Shown piece after piece: positions 1 to 9,913 of a DNA stretch of 64,000 nucleotides. The stretch lies in the IMG/VR virus record IMGVR_UViG_3300042455_001086, positions 62,001-126,000 of that record. One strand, given 5' to 3'. The stretch's first letter is position 1, and each line of letters starts with the position of its first letter. The position numbers were made by a program, and so were the translations under genes. Below the pieces are notes generated by a model, which was not told where the DNA came from, searched no databases, and saw nothing but the letters and a program-made list of their open reading frames with translations.

Positions 1-868
1 CATTTGCATATTTTAATAAGACTTCATCACAATCACCACCTTGACAAAGTTTTTTAACTGAAGTTGGGTTTTTCGCCTCCTGTGTTCCCGGTAATGCAGC
101 GTCTCTTGTATAACCCATTCTTTTTAACATACTCTCAACTTCATCTGGAATATCAAAACCTCTTTCTTCCCCACCTAAACTCACCCAAATAAAATATTTT
201 CCTGGTTCTGTAAATTCTTGTTTTAAACCATCCAATGATGTTTTTTTAATATATTGTTTTTTATCATTTACACCCATACCAGTATTCAAATCAACAGGTT
301 CATATAGTGTTCCGATTCCAGATTTTGGTCTAACTTTTGTATAACTAAAACCGGTTTCTTTAGCACCACTCGGACCAACAAGTTCATCAACTCTAATTGA
401 TTGCTCAGCAGAAAGATTTTTAACATCAGACACAAAACTTTCACCTCTTTTTAATTCTGGACATACTAACTGATTTTCAGAATATGGTTTTTCTTTATTT
501 CCAGTATCTTGTTTTACAAGTAAAAAAGCTCCTTTTGAATTTCTTTTGGCAAATACAAAAAATCTAAGATCATTTAACATAAATGATACATATTGGTCAC
601 CGGCGTTGACATTATTAACACCAGAATTTCTTAATTTTTGAATATTCTCTGGTTTAATATTTCCGATTTTACTTATATTTTTAGCCCCTTTATTCGTTAA
701 ACAACCAGCAGGTCCTGAAATCCAGGTTAGCCATTCTTCTGGTGTTTTAAAAGAAATAGCACTATCTTGTTCATTTAATATTTGTTCAGAAATAAGTGGT
801 TTTACATCACCCATTTTTGTTTCAAGAAGTCCAAGCATTCTTTTAATTTCTAAATTAACATTTTTCAT
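1..868 (-). CDS. Hypothetical protein, runs off the window start (MKNVNLEIKRMLGLLETKMGDVKPLISEQ...); not in ORF track
   Basis: ATG at 868; hand translation is open to position 1; leader contains LISE/LNE motifs. Confidence 0.8.
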   Translation of the reverse strand, partial: MKNVNLEIKRMLGLLETKMGDVKPLISEQILNEQDSAISFKTPEEWLTWISGPAGCLTNKGAKNISKIGNIKPENIQKLRNSGVNNVNAGDQYVSFMLNDLRFFVFAKRNSKGAFLLVKQDTGNKEKPYSENQLVCPELKRGESFVSDVKNLSAEQSIRVDELVGPSGAKETGFSYTKVRPKSGIGTLYEPVDLNTGMGVNDKKQYIKKTSLDGLKQEFTEPGKYFIWVSLGGEERGFDIPDEVESMLKRMGYTRDAALPGTQEAKNPTSVKKLCQGGDCDEVLLKYAN

Positions 869-887
869 TTTCTTATATATTTAAATT

Positions 888-1754
888 TTATAATTCACCA
901 CAAATATCAGAAATATCGGATGTGGTTATTTTACTTTTTTTAATTTCACTTTGAACCAATTTATCAAGTTCATCATCATATTTACCTGTTTGTTCAAGAC
1001 CTAAACATCCTTGAAGTTTTTTAATCTGGCCACCAGAAATTCCATCTTTACATCCTTTATAAAACTCACCAGAACAAACAACATAAGATAGATCATCATC
1101 TTTTTCCGTTTCTGAACCCTTATTACCCCCACCTGGATCACGAAGACCTTCGTCCTCTTTGGTTTTATTTTCAATTTTTTTATAACCTGGAACATCTCCA
1201 TCAACTTCCATTGTTTTCTTTACAGCACCTGATAAACCATTCATTACAATTGTGTCAAAATTTTGATAAACCTCATCCATCAAAACTTCACCCAAGTCTT
1301 GAGTATAAAGTTTTTCATATTCTTTTTTAACTTTACAATAATCACCAATTGATCTTATTTTCTTTAATAATTTTGTTACAGTTTCATTATATGTTCCCCA
1401 ATCCATCCCCAATGTGTACCAATCACTCCAATTAAAAGACTTATTTAATTTTTTTGCAATATATTGATAATCATTTGGGTTGTTAAATGTTTTTAATTTA
1501 CTAGAAGTTGGTATATCACACCCTTTATTGATTTGACTAAAAGCATCTTTACTTTTTTGTCCGGTTAATGAATCCCAATTTTTATAAAGTGCCGCAGCAC
1601 CACCAGCCGCAAGACCAATACCAAGTAATGTCAAAAAAAACTCGTTTAGTGGTTCTTTATCCTCCTTTAGATACAATTGGTTTGTTGCTTTTTTGTGCAT
1701 TTCAAGGATTCTCTGTTTCTCATATTGATCCAAAAAATATAAAGGTTTTTTCAT
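888..1754 (-). CDS. Putative virion protein with EKxRILxMH leader, TM segment and C-terminal peptidoglycan-binding-like domain
   Basis: EKQRILEMH; hydrophobic FFLTLLGIGLAAGGAAAL; IKKLQGCLGLEQTGKYD resembles PG_binding_1. Confidence 0.6.
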   Translation of the reverse strand: MKKPLYFLDQYEKQRILEMHKKATNQLYLKEDKEPLNEFFLTLLGIGLAAGGAAALYKNWDSLTGQKSKDAFSQINKGCDIPTSSKLKTFNNPNDYQYIAKKLNKSFNWSDWYTLGMDWGTYNETVTKLLKKIRSIGDYCKVKKEYEKLYTQDLGEVLMDEVYQNFDTIVMNGLSGAVKKTMEVDGDVPGYKKIENKTKEDEGLRDPGGGNKGSETEKDDDLSYVVCSGEFYKGCKDGISGGQIKKLQGCLGLEQTGKYDDELDKLVQSEIKKSKITTSDISDICGEL

Positions 1755-1999
1755 AATAATGTATTTGCTTTTCCTCTTGTTAATTTATTTAAAGATTTCC
1801 AGGTTACTTTATAGTCAATTTGATTTGCAACACTCCTTGTAAGTCCGGTTTCCCACTTTGTTACAGTCGGATAACCATTGCCACCACCAGAAGTCGCCGT
1901 TGATCCACCACCTTCTTCTTGTTCATCAATTTCACCTTCGCTTTTATCACTAAAAGTAAATTTTTGCATAATTGAAATTAAATCTTCAAGATTATCCAT
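1751..1999 (-). CDS. Hypothetical phage protein (TKWE...TRxxAN duplicated motif)
   Basis: 82-aa ORF; TATTTAT upstream. Confidence 0.65.
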   Translation of the reverse strand: MDNLEDLISIMQKFTFSDKSEGEIDEQEEGGGSTATSGGGNGYPTVTKWETGLTRSVANQIDYKVTWKSLNKLTRGKANTLL

Positions 2000-2050
2000 A
2001 GAATATCTTTTAATATAAATATACCTATGGTATGAAAAAAAATATAAGGA

Positions 2051-2362
2051 TTAAAAACTTTCTACCTTTGGTAGTTTTTCTGGATATACAATATAATATT
2101 CGTTTAGGAAAGAAAAAAGAGTATCTTCATCTATTGTCGGAAATTCATCTTCAAAATCATCCTCGTCTTCAAAATCATCATCCAATGTATTAAAAAAATC
2201 GTAACTTTCTTCAATTAGATTATATCCAAATTCTTTTGACTCATCCAAATTGATAATATCATTTCTTACCTCATCCTCTGAATCAATTGTAAGACGAAAT
2301 GTAATTTCCATCCTTTTTGTATCTTCATAAATGTAATAAGAAACAATTTCTCTAACTTCCAT
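2051..2362 (-). CDS. Acidic hypothetical protein
   Basis: 103-aa ORF, D/E rich, tightly packed in operon. Confidence 0.65.
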   Translation of the reverse strand: MEVREIVSYYIYEDTKRMEITFRLTIDSEDEVRNDIINLDESKEFGYNLIEESYDFFNTLDDDFEDEDDFEDEFPTIDEDTLFSFLNEYYIVYPEKLPKVESF

Positions 2363-2364
2363 TA

Positions 2365-2940
2365 TTATTTGATAATTCTTTTAAACATACTAAGAGATTC
2401 ATCAAGTTTTACAATGAAATCTTCTTTTAAATCATCTGGAACATCTTTAATTAGATCAATAGATAATTTATTATCAAAATCAATTTCATCATCTTCATCG
2501 ATTTCATATTCTTCATCATCTAAATAATCATCTTCAATAGCCATCATATCGGAGAAATCTTCCTCATCATCATAGTATGGATCATACATACTTCGGTCTT
2601 TATAGTCATCAGAATTTCCAGTAGAAAAGAATTCATATTCATCATCTCTATCCTCAACATCATCAAAATCTACGGTTCCATTTTTTAAATCATCTGGACC
2701 GTCAGCAATCTTATCAAGAGGAATGTGTGACTCATTTATTCCAACATTTGTATAAGGTTTAACATTACCTTTATTTGATACAACAATACCACCCTTATCA
2801 TTCGCAAAATCTTGAACATATAATGGTTGTGTATTTGATTGTTGTCCAAATTGTGTTACATAACCATCATATATTGTTTTGTGTTGATCCAAAATATTAT
2901 TTTTTTCGGTTTGTGACATTTTAAAGAAATATTGGTTCAT
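2365..2940 (-). CDS. Acidic hypothetical protein with EKxxILxxH leader
   Basis: MSQTEKNNILDQH; long D/E tract. Confidence 0.7.
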   Translation of the reverse strand: MNQYFFKMSQTEKNNILDQHKTIYDGYVTQFGQQSNTQPLYVQDFANDKGGIVVSNKGNVKPYTNVGINESHIPLDKIADGPDDLKNGTVDFDDVEDRDDEYEFFSTGNSDDYKDRSMYDPYYDDEEDFSDMMAIEDDYLDDEEYEIDEDDEIDFDNKLSIDLIKDVPDDLKEDFIVKLDESLSMFKRIIK

Positions 2941-2953
2941 ATTTTGTTTTTTT

Positions 2954-3262
2954 TTAAAAATTTTTATTGAGAATATCTCTCTTTGTTCTTACGAGAACAA
3001 TTTTATTTTCGGTTAGCGATTCTTCACTACCATCAATTTGAACTATTTTTTTCCAGCTATCAGCACCATCAATTAAAGCGAGTTTTGATCCACCAACCCA
3101 TTCAACATAATATATTTTGTCTCCTTGGACCTCACTAACGGATTTAACTTTACCTGGTGTTCCTGGATTTACTGGTGAATATGGATCATCCATTATAACA
3201 CAAATCACCTTGTCCCCAACTTCTAGTGGAGCGTTATTTTCATATTTTATTTTCTTTGCCAT
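2954..3262 (-). CDS. DUF4314-like SH3-fold protein
   Basis: VGDKV..MDDPYSPVNPGTPGKV..VEW..GSKLALI matches the DUF4314 pattern as recalled. Confidence 0.7.
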   Translation of the reverse strand: MAKKIKYENNAPLEVGDKVICVIMDDPYSPVNPGTPGKVKSVSEVQGDKIYYVEWVGGSKLALIDGADSWKKIVQIDGSEESLTENKIVLVRTKRDILNKNF

Positions 3263-3295
3263 ACAAATATAAATATAACGAAATATTTATTTAGT

Positions 3296-3916
3296 ATGAA
3301 AATAATAGTAAAAGAATCTCAATATAGAAAACTAATTCTTGAAGAAAGAAAAATTATGTTTGAAAAAAAGTTAGAAAATATGAAAAACTTCTTTGGGGAA
3401 TTAAGTGAAAACATCAAAAACCAGATTGGTTTGGATTTAACCTTTTTATCTACTTGGGGTGTAACTATTGCCGGATTTGTAAAACCAGTTCAAGATTTTA
3501 TTGCAAATAAATTTGACGGAATATCACCTGACGATTTAGTGTTAATGTCTGTTGGTTTAATTTTGGTATATTATCAAAATAATAAAGAAAAATTAAAAAG
3601 TGTTTTAGACGAAATAAAAGAAAGAAACCTAGTTGAGGTATTTGATGATACATTAAAAGTCGGTGAAAGATTAAGAAATGTGTTCGTTAAATTTATAGAA
3701 AGTTTAGCAATACCTACTTTAAAATATTCTAATATATTGGCATATACTTTTATTATCCCACTAATTGGTGATTTGTTTAATTTAGTCCAAGGTGAATCAG
3801 ATATGGTTAATCCAATTGATGTTGTAAAAAGAATTGGTGGATATATTGTTTTAAATTTGAGTGGTGAAATTGTTAAAAGAATTTTATTTGCTATTGTAAG
3901 GAGATTTAAATCTTAA
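3296..3916 (+). CDS. Leader-bearing hypothetical membrane-associated protein
   Basis: MKIIVKESQY leader; hydrophobic segments; TATTTAT 5 nt before ATG. Confidence 0.7.
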   Translation: MKIIVKESQYRKLILEERKIMFEKKLENMKNFFGELSENIKNQIGLDLTFLSTWGVTIAGFVKPVQDFIANKFDGISPDDLVLMSVGLILVYYQNNKEKLKSVLDEIKERNLVEVFDDTLKVGERLRNVFVKFIESLAIPTLKYSNILAYTFIIPLIGDLFNLVQGESDMVNPIDVVKRIGGYIVLNLSGEIVKRILFAIVRRFKS

Positions 3917-3920
3917 ATCT

Positions 3921-5747
3921 TCATTTTTTTTCTTTTATAATTATTTCCATAACTTTTTTTGTTTCATCGTCTGTTAAGTTATGAATATCTTTATTTTTCT
4001 CAAACCAATTTTTCATAACAGTTATAAATGGCTTTTTTGTCATTTTTGACATTCTTTTAAAACCAAAAATCTGAGCATCAATTTCTTCTGGTTGTGTGTA
4101 ATATTTAAATGAATCTGTTTCTTCTGGTTGATCCAAATCGTAAAGACTATTTAATTTTTGATAAACATGTCTTAATTCGTGTCCAACCAACTCATTTAAT
4201 TCGCCAACAATATCATAAATTAATTTTTGTTTATTTGTTGGGTTATATTTTATTTTAATTGATATTGTATCCTCATCCCTCCAATAGTCAGCATTTAATA
4301 TAAAATCGTCTATTTTTCTATCTTGTTCAATCTCCAATTCAAAACCAATTGGTATTGGTAAATCAGTAAATTCATAGAACATATTATCATCATCCAATTC
4401 TTCTGGTAGATAAAATGTTCCGTCCTCATTTTCTTTGAAAACTTTTACGACATCTCTAACGATTGTTCTAATAATATTTCTTAATTCTGATTTATTTCTT
4501 TCTAAAATAATATCATTTTTAATCTCTTCTATTTCAACAACCAAATCACCATCTCCTTTTATAACTCTATGATACATACCCTTTGGTATGAAGATCGTCT
4601 CACCTTCTTTTAATTGTTTTGGTATTTCATTATCCATTTGAAACTTCCAACCATTCGATTTTATTATTTTTACGTTTCTATCCAATTCATCAAAATGCCA
4701 TTTTAATTCATCACTATTTAAACTCTCCTTGAATAACCTTGTTTTCTTTCCGTTTTCTTTGATCTCGTCAAAAGGTAGAACATCATTTGTATTAACTTTT
4801 TTTTCTGGTAGTGGTGGGTCTAATAAAAATTTCTCGTTTAACCAATGTCTTAATTCATTCTCAACGAAAAATTCTGGAACCTCCTCATCATCTGATTTTT
4901 CTGATGCAATTTCTGCAATATATCTAGCAAACTTAACTTTTAATTTATCATCAAGCATTGTCATAAGTCCATCAGATATAAAAAATATTTTTGATAATGG
5001 GTCGTCAATTCCTAACTCACCCTCAACCAAATTAAAAATTTTCATTATTGTTTTTCCCCACCAAGTTTTATAACCGGTTGTTTCTTCAATTCCAGGTCTA
5101 AACACTTTATTAAACGCTCGTAATAATGATCCGGTAAAACCCACAATTGATAATTGTGGAAAAAACCAAGGAAGTAATCTTAATGTTGCTTTATATCCTC
5201 CTTCACCAATATGTTGATATAATCTTTTTGCTTTTGCGTTTGTTACAATTTCTTTTAACTGACCGAATGTTATTTTTCCTTGAGCTTTACAAAATTTTTT
5301 TGCGTCACAAATATTTTTGATTGCTCTTTCGGATGGTTCAATTTCTTCATTTAAACGATTATCCGTAGTATAGTCTAACTTAAATAATGGTGTTTTATTA
5401 AAATTAATTCTAATATTAAACTTATCTGGATCATATTCTATATACTGACCATCTTGTAATTGTAGAATATTTTCACCTTTTAATAAAATCAAATCTTCAA
5501 TAAAATTAGTTCTTATATTATTTGGTTCAGTATCAATAAAAAAACTAACAGTTGCTTGTGAATTTAAAAGTTCCTCTTTTGGTATGTATTTGTTGACAGA
5601 ACTTTTTGGTGTTATTGCAATACCATATAATTTAAGATTTATTTTTTTCTTATATTTTTCATAAAATAATGGTTCACACGCTTTTTTTAAAAAGGCGTTA
5701 AATAACATTATATATTTTTTATTAATAAATCTTTCGTATGGTGTCAT
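3921..5747 (-). CDS. Multidomain protein: unknown modules + cupin-like domain + HExxH metallopeptidase-like domain
   Basis: LKWHFDE...IFIPKGMYHRVIKG (cupin); GHELRHVYQ...EEIDA (zincin-like). Confidence 0.65.
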   Translation of the reverse strand: MTPYERFINKKYIMLFNAFLKKACEPLFYEKYKKKINLKLYGIAITPKSSVNKYIPKEELLNSQATVSFFIDTEPNNIRTNFIEDLILLKGENILQLQDGQYIEYDPDKFNIRINFNKTPLFKLDYTTDNRLNEEIEPSERAIKNICDAKKFCKAQGKITFGQLKEIVTNAKAKRLYQHIGEGGYKATLRLLPWFFPQLSIVGFTGSLLRAFNKVFRPGIEETTGYKTWWGKTIMKIFNLVEGELGIDDPLSKIFFISDGLMTMLDDKLKVKFARYIAEIASEKSDDEEVPEFFVENELRHWLNEKFLLDPPLPEKKVNTNDVLPFDEIKENGKKTRLFKESLNSDELKWHFDELDRNVKIIKSNGWKFQMDNEIPKQLKEGETIFIPKGMYHRVIKGDGDLVVEIEEIKNDIILERNKSELRNIIRTIVRDVVKVFKENEDGTFYLPEELDDDNMFYEFTDLPIPIGFELEIEQDRKIDDFILNADYWRDEDTISIKIKYNPTNKQKLIYDIVGELNELVGHELRHVYQKLNSLYDLDQPEETDSFKYYTQPEEIDAQIFGFKRMSKMTKKPFITVMKNWFEKNKDIHNLTDDETKKVMEIIIKEKK

Positions 5748-5753
5748 AATTAA

Positions 5754-6368
5754 TTACCAACTTCTTGATGATTTAAGTCCCAATTTTTTTCTATATCTTG
5801 AAACATTACACGCCCAGTAACCAGCTTTTGTTCTATCTTTCTTTTGATCACACTTATGACGAGCTCTAAATGATTTTGCTCTTGATTTACTTGCGTTTCT
5901 AACTCTCAAATTAGGATCACCAAAAGTTACTTTTTTAATATTACCACTTGGTGATTTAACATATACAGCAAATTTCTTTGGTCCTCCTGGTGTCCTAAAA
6001 GGACTATTTAATTTAACATTTTTTCCTCTGTGTTTTGCTTCGGTAATTGGTTCTTCCACCTCAATTGGAGCATCAAGCCAAACTTCCTCACCACTTTCAA
6101 GAATTACCTTTTTACCTAAATCACTTTCAACAATCCAAGTATCTTCTTCATTTAATTGGATTAAACCACGATTATATAATTTTCTTACTTCATTTATTAA
6201 ATTGAAATATTCATCAGAATAAATTCTAAAGATGTTTTCAGATAGTGTAATGTTATTATCCAAATGGTATTTCAAATTTTCAGACACTTTTACATTCTCA
6301 ACTAATCTCATTGAGTGTGAATATATCTCAAGTAATGATTTTCTAATTATATTTTCTAAAATTCTCAT
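5754..6368 (-). CDS. Leader + conserved basic phage domain (DUF6321-like)
   Basis: KLNSPFRTPGGPKKFAVYVK..KKVTFGDP..SFRARHKC..AGYWAC. Confidence 0.65.
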   Translation of the reverse strand: MRILENIIRKSLLEIYSHSMRLVENVKVSENLKYHLDNNITLSENIFRIYSDEYFNLINEVRKLYNRGLIQLNEEDTWIVESDLGKKVILESGEEVWLDAPIEVEEPITEAKHRGKNVKLNSPFRTPGGPKKFAVYVKSPSGNIKKVTFGDPNLRVRNASKSRAKSFRARHKCDQKKDRTKAGYWACNVSRYRKKLGLKSSRSW

Positions 6369-6437
6369 AGTTGTCGATATTTATTTGTATAAATACTTTG
6401 TATCTTAATAAATAAAACATATTTATAGTAAAATACT

Positions 6438-6980
6438 ATGAAAAGAAATAGATTAAACGAAAGAGATATTACACGAATCATCAATCGTGTGCTATCCGAA
6501 CAAGAAAACCCAAGTTCAGAAAAAAAAGGTAAAAAGAAGGAAGATGTAAAACCAAGATGTATTCCAGAAAATGTTGTTCCTTTAAATGAGATTGTTGGTT
6601 TTGCAGATGAATACGTAAAATATTCTCCTGGAATTAAAAAAAGAAGAGCCGGCGTAAATTCAATGGTTGATACTATTGGTATTTTAAATAATCTTAGATG
6701 GGCTAACGATATTAAAGACGGTGGAGCACATTTAGCTTATGAAATGATGAACAATCTAAATCGTTTTAGAAATAAAAACTATTACGATGAAACAACTGGT
6801 GATTGTCATAAAGCTATGGATAAAATTCTTGAATTATACAAAGAAAACGAACACGGAACTGAACTTGTTAAAGATATTGAGAGAGTTTTAGCTCTACAAA
6901 CAAAAGATGATGAATATACACCATCACCAAGAGCTAAAGAATATTTAAAACAATGTATTAACCTAATTAAAGGTCAATAA
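6438..6980 (+). CDS. Leader-bearing hypothetical protein
   Basis: RLNERDITRIINRVLSE leader; TATTTAT upstream. Confidence 0.7.
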   Translation: MKRNRLNERDITRIINRVLSEQENPSSEKKGKKKEDVKPRCIPENVVPLNEIVGFADEYVKYSPGIKKRRAGVNSMVDTIGILNNLRWANDIKDGGAHLAYEMMNNLNRFRNKNYYDETTGDCHKAMDKILELYKENEHGTELVKDIERVLALQTKDDEYTPSPRAKEYLKQCINLIKGQ

Positions 6981-7017
6981 AAGTTTGCTTAGGACCATTA
7001 CTGGTTATGGTAATGTT

Positions 7018-7048
7018 AAAAGGGACAATTCGCTACTGTCCCTTTTTT
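7018..7048 (+). terminator. Intrinsic terminator
   Basis: aaagggaca/tgtccct stem followed by T-run. Confidence 0.7.
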
Positions 7049-7078
7049 ATTTATCTAAATATTTATATAAAAACAACT

Positions 7079-7312
7079 ATGATGAAAAATTATTGGAAAC
7101 CCACACCGAAAAAGTGGAGAAAATTAGGGGATGCTTTACTTGCTGTTGCAACAGTTATTGCAATTGGTGGTATTTGGCAGTATGATAGTCTAAAAGAAAT
7201 TTTCACAACAACTGAACTTAAAATTATGATTGTGTCCTCAATTATATTTGGGGTTGTTGGTAAATTTCTTACAAATTTCTTTAAGGAGGATAAATCAGAA
7301 TCCCAAGAATAA
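7079..7312 (+). CDS. Two-TM holin-like protein
   Basis: WKPTPKKWRKLGDALL.., two hydrophobic helices; start moved to the ATG after TATTTAT. Confidence 0.55.
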   Translation: MMKNYWKPTPKKWRKLGDALLAVATVIAIGGIWQYDSLKEIFTTTELKIMIVSSIIFGVVGKFLTNFFKEDKSESQE

Positions 7313-7332
7313 CATTTTATCAGTTTTTTACT

Positions 7333-7360
7333 CCCCTCACAAAAGAGGGGTTTCTTTTTT
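7333..7360 (+). terminator. Intrinsic terminator
   Basis: cccctc-acaaaa-gagggg followed by T-run. Confidence 0.75.
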
Positions 7361-7388
7361 TAGGTAATTATTACTATATTTGTATCCT

Positions 7389-7544
7389 ATGAGTGATAAA
7401 AAAACAAAAAAACAAGTAGAAAGAAAGGTATTTGAAAGGACAATTACTCTTGATGATTGTATTATGATCTGGAAATATGACAATTATAAGACAAATACCG
7501 GCCCATATGAGGTGGAAATCAAACAACAAAAGAAAAAGGATTAA
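7389..7544 (+). CDS. Small hypothetical protein (51 aa, not in ORF track)
   Basis: MSDKKTKK...KKKD*; TATATTTG promoter just upstream. Confidence 0.6.
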   Translation: MSDKKTKKQVERKVFERTITLDDCIMIWKYDNYKTNTGPYEVEIKQQKKKD

Positions 7545-7561
7545 TTAGAGTATTTATTTAT

Positions 7562-8002
7562 ATGAAGTTATTACCTATTTTAAGTGAAATAATAGACAAA
7601 AAAACCCTCATTTCAGCGTTAAAAACGATGGATTTTGACGAAAAAGAGGCTAAAAATGAGCTAAAATACCACCTAAATAGGGTAAAAAACCTCCAAAAAA
7701 CACTTATAGGATACCGAATTTTGGTTGTAGATGACGAAAAAGACATCAATTTAGACGAAATTGGGACACATTTTAGTGAAAATAGACAAGAATTATTGTC
7801 AAATCACTCATTTTGTACTGGTTGTGGGGAAAAATACTACCTAATTACCGCAGAAATACCAAAAAATGAGGTAGATTTACAAGAAACACTCAGAAATAAC
7901 ATACTTTACCCCAATGAACACGAAATTTCAGTAAAAAATAAGGGAAAAAATGTAAAAATACTCAAAATTCAAGAAATTAACACCGAAAATGATGATTTTT
8001 AA
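7562..8002 (+). CDS. Possible ADP-ribosyltransferase-fold protein
   Basis: GYR..., GTHFS, PNEHEI resemble R-S-E ART motifs; MKLLPILSE leader. Confidence 0.4.
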   Translation: MKLLPILSEIIDKKTLISALKTMDFDEKEAKNELKYHLNRVKNLQKTLIGYRILVVDDEKDINLDEIGTHFSENRQELLSNHSFCTGCGEKYYLITAEIPKNEVDLQETLRNNILYPNEHEISVKNKGKNVKILKIQEINTENDDF

Positions 8003-8044
8003 GGTTATAAACTGATAAAATGCTAAATATTTCAGTCTATAACC

Positions 8045-8272
8045 TTATTTTTTGGTGGTTTTTCTAATAATCTCCTTAACTTTATTCAATTCTTGATCAA
8101 AATGACTTGTAATCGAGGTTTTTTGTTGGGTTATTGACTGATTTGCAATGTTATTTACCTTATTCAGAATGTTTTTAATGTGTTTTTTAAAAATTCTATA
8201 CAATATGTAGTATATTAAAACATTTACACCTAAAAAAACTAATGATATGATTAAAAAATATAAAATATTCAT
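8045..8272 (-). CDS. Small membrane protein
   Basis: N-terminal hydrophobic helix. Confidence 0.6.
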   Translation of the reverse strand: MNILYFLIISLVFLGVNVLIYYILYRIFKKHIKNILNKVNNIANQSITQQKTSITSHFDQELNKVKEIIRKTTKK

Positions 8273-8352
8273 AACTTACTGGTTTGAATAGTTAAAATTA
8301 AGTCTTTTTACTTTAAAATAAAGATTTTTATGCTTATTTTTAGATAAAATAT

Positions 8353-8634
8353 ATGAAATACAAAAAGTTTCTCCAAAAAGTTTTAGATATTGGGCTGAAA
8401 TCACAAACAGAACTTACTTTTGGTAAAGGAAGTTTCATAAAAATAAGTAATATGACCTATATTAGGAGTAAAAAAGCTTATTTGGTTAATGTAACCTTAC
8501 ATTTTGATGATTTTGAGAACTCAATGGATTTATATCCAGATGGTTTAGAATATATTGTTAAATCAGCTTGGGATGTTCTTGGTATTGGAAATCCGATTAT
8601 TATACAATCGTCGGTTGATGTAATTCCTAAATAA
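8353..8634 (+). CDS. Hypothetical protein
   Basis: 93-aa ORF. Confidence 0.6.
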   Translation: MKYKKFLQKVLDIGLKSQTELTFGKGSFIKISNMTYIRSKKAYLVNVTLHFDDFENSMDLYPDGLEYIVKSAWDVLGIGNPIIIQSSVDVIPK

Positions 8635-8646
8635 ATTTAAACAATT

Positions 8647-9237
8647 TTAATCCCACCACCATTCCATTCTTTCTTTTAAAATTTTAAATAATAAATTATG
8701 TGCTTTTTCTTGGTTATGTTTTGCAACATAAAAACATAAGTCCCTTTTATCTAAATTAGGTTTATTTTTTAAAACTTTACGAACACTTGACGGATACTTT
8801 TTTAAGTATTCATTATAATTTTCTGTCAAAATATCAATCTCCATTTTTTTGAGATTTTCATTACCTTCAATAGGTTCAAAACTGAATTTAGAATCTTCAT
8901 AGTCAAGGTATTCGGTATTGTAATATTCGTCTTTAACTCTTTCTATAAGATTCAAAACAATAGTCATATCACGATTATCTCTATCAACATCCATATGACG
9001 ATTTGCATAGATTATTTCCTTTCTTTGGAATTCTATTTTTTTCTGAAGAATTGTGAATATGTACCAACTATCCCAATCTTTATCTTTATATAATGTTGGG
9101 GCCCATCTGAAGATATTTTTTATACCTCCAGTAAAGTATCTTAGTCTCCAGTGTGCATTTCTCCATAAGAATGGTAAAACTCCTTTTCTGTTCCAAGCAG
9201 AATCATTTGGGATTGGAAGTTTGTTGTAGTTTTTCAT
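8647..9237 (-). CDS. Conserved hypothetical phage protein
   Basis: W..TLYKDKDWD..Y....L..KI..., ending ME.WWD, typical of T4-like phages. Confidence 0.7.
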   Translation of the reverse strand: MKNYNKLPIPNDSAWNRKGVLPFLWRNAHWRLRYFTGGIKNIFRWAPTLYKDKDWDSWYIFTILQKKIEFQRKEIIYANRHMDVDRDNRDMTIVLNLIERVKDEYYNTEYLDYEDSKFSFEPIEGNENLKKMEIDILTENYNEYLKKYPSSVRKVLKNKPNLDKRDLCFYVAKHNQEKAHNLLFKILKERMEWWWD

Positions 9238-9421
9238 TTTCTTCTTCTTTATATTGCAAATATAACGAAAATAAAACTAAAAAGTTAATAAAAACACATA
9301 AAAAAGTTTCAAATATATAATGCCAGTTGGTCTGTGTCATTGATAAGTGTGTTCCAAACCACATAAATGAACCATATTTATTCATTAATTGAATTATGAG
9401 ATATTTGATAAATTTTTTCAT
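9203..9421 (-). CDS. Small membrane protein
   Basis: Hydrophobic C-terminal half; start moved to MKKFIK. Confidence 0.5.
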   Translation of the reverse strand: MKKFIKYLIIQLMNKYGSFMWFGTHLSMTQTNWHYIFETFLCVFINFLVLFSLYLQYKEEENEKLQQTSNPK

Positions 9422-9479
9422 TTCTAATAAATACATTTTACAATTCAATTTTATTTAAGTATGATTGTTAAAAAAAATT

Positions 9480-9899
9480 ATGGTAAATGAACAAAGTAAT
9501 GTAGTTGTGAACTACGTAGGTAAATTAGAGGATGGAACAATTTTTGATTCATCTTTGGTGGAGGGGAGAACTCCATTAGAAACACAATTAGGACAAGGTC
9601 AACTTATTCCTGGATTTGAAAAAGGTTTAGTTGGTATGCAAGTTGGTGATAAAAAAACAGTAGAAATTGAGTCAGATCAAGCCTATGGTCCAAGAAATGA
9701 AGAACTGGTGATTGAAATTGAAAAAACAAAGGTTCCAGAAAATGTTGAGGTAGGTGCGATGTTACAAACATTTGGTCCTATGGGTCCAAGTATTGTAAAA
9801 GTTTTGGAAATTAAAGATGAGGTTGTTGTTATTGACGCTAACCACCCTTTAGCCGGACAAAAACTTATTTTTGAATTAGAATTGGTGGGGATTTCATAA
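9480..9899 (+). CDS. FKBP-type peptidyl-prolyl cis-trans isomerase (SlyD/SlpA-like, no His-rich tail)
   Basis: VNYVGKLEDGTIFDSS, GQLIPGFEKGL, AYG, DANHPLAGQKLIF. Confidence 0.93.
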   Translation: MVNEQSNVVVNYVGKLEDGTIFDSSLVEGRTPLETQLGQGQLIPGFEKGLVGMQVGDKKTVEIESDQAYGPRNEELVIEIEKTKVPENVEVGAMLQTFGPMGPSIVKVLEIKDEVVVIDANHPLAGQKLIFELELVGIS

Positions 9900-9911
9900 A
9901 TCCCCATTTTT
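9886..9911 (+). terminator. Terminator overlapping the FKBP stop codon
   Basis: tggggattt/aaatcccca stem followed by T-run. Confidence 0.6.
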
Positions 9912-9913
9912 AT

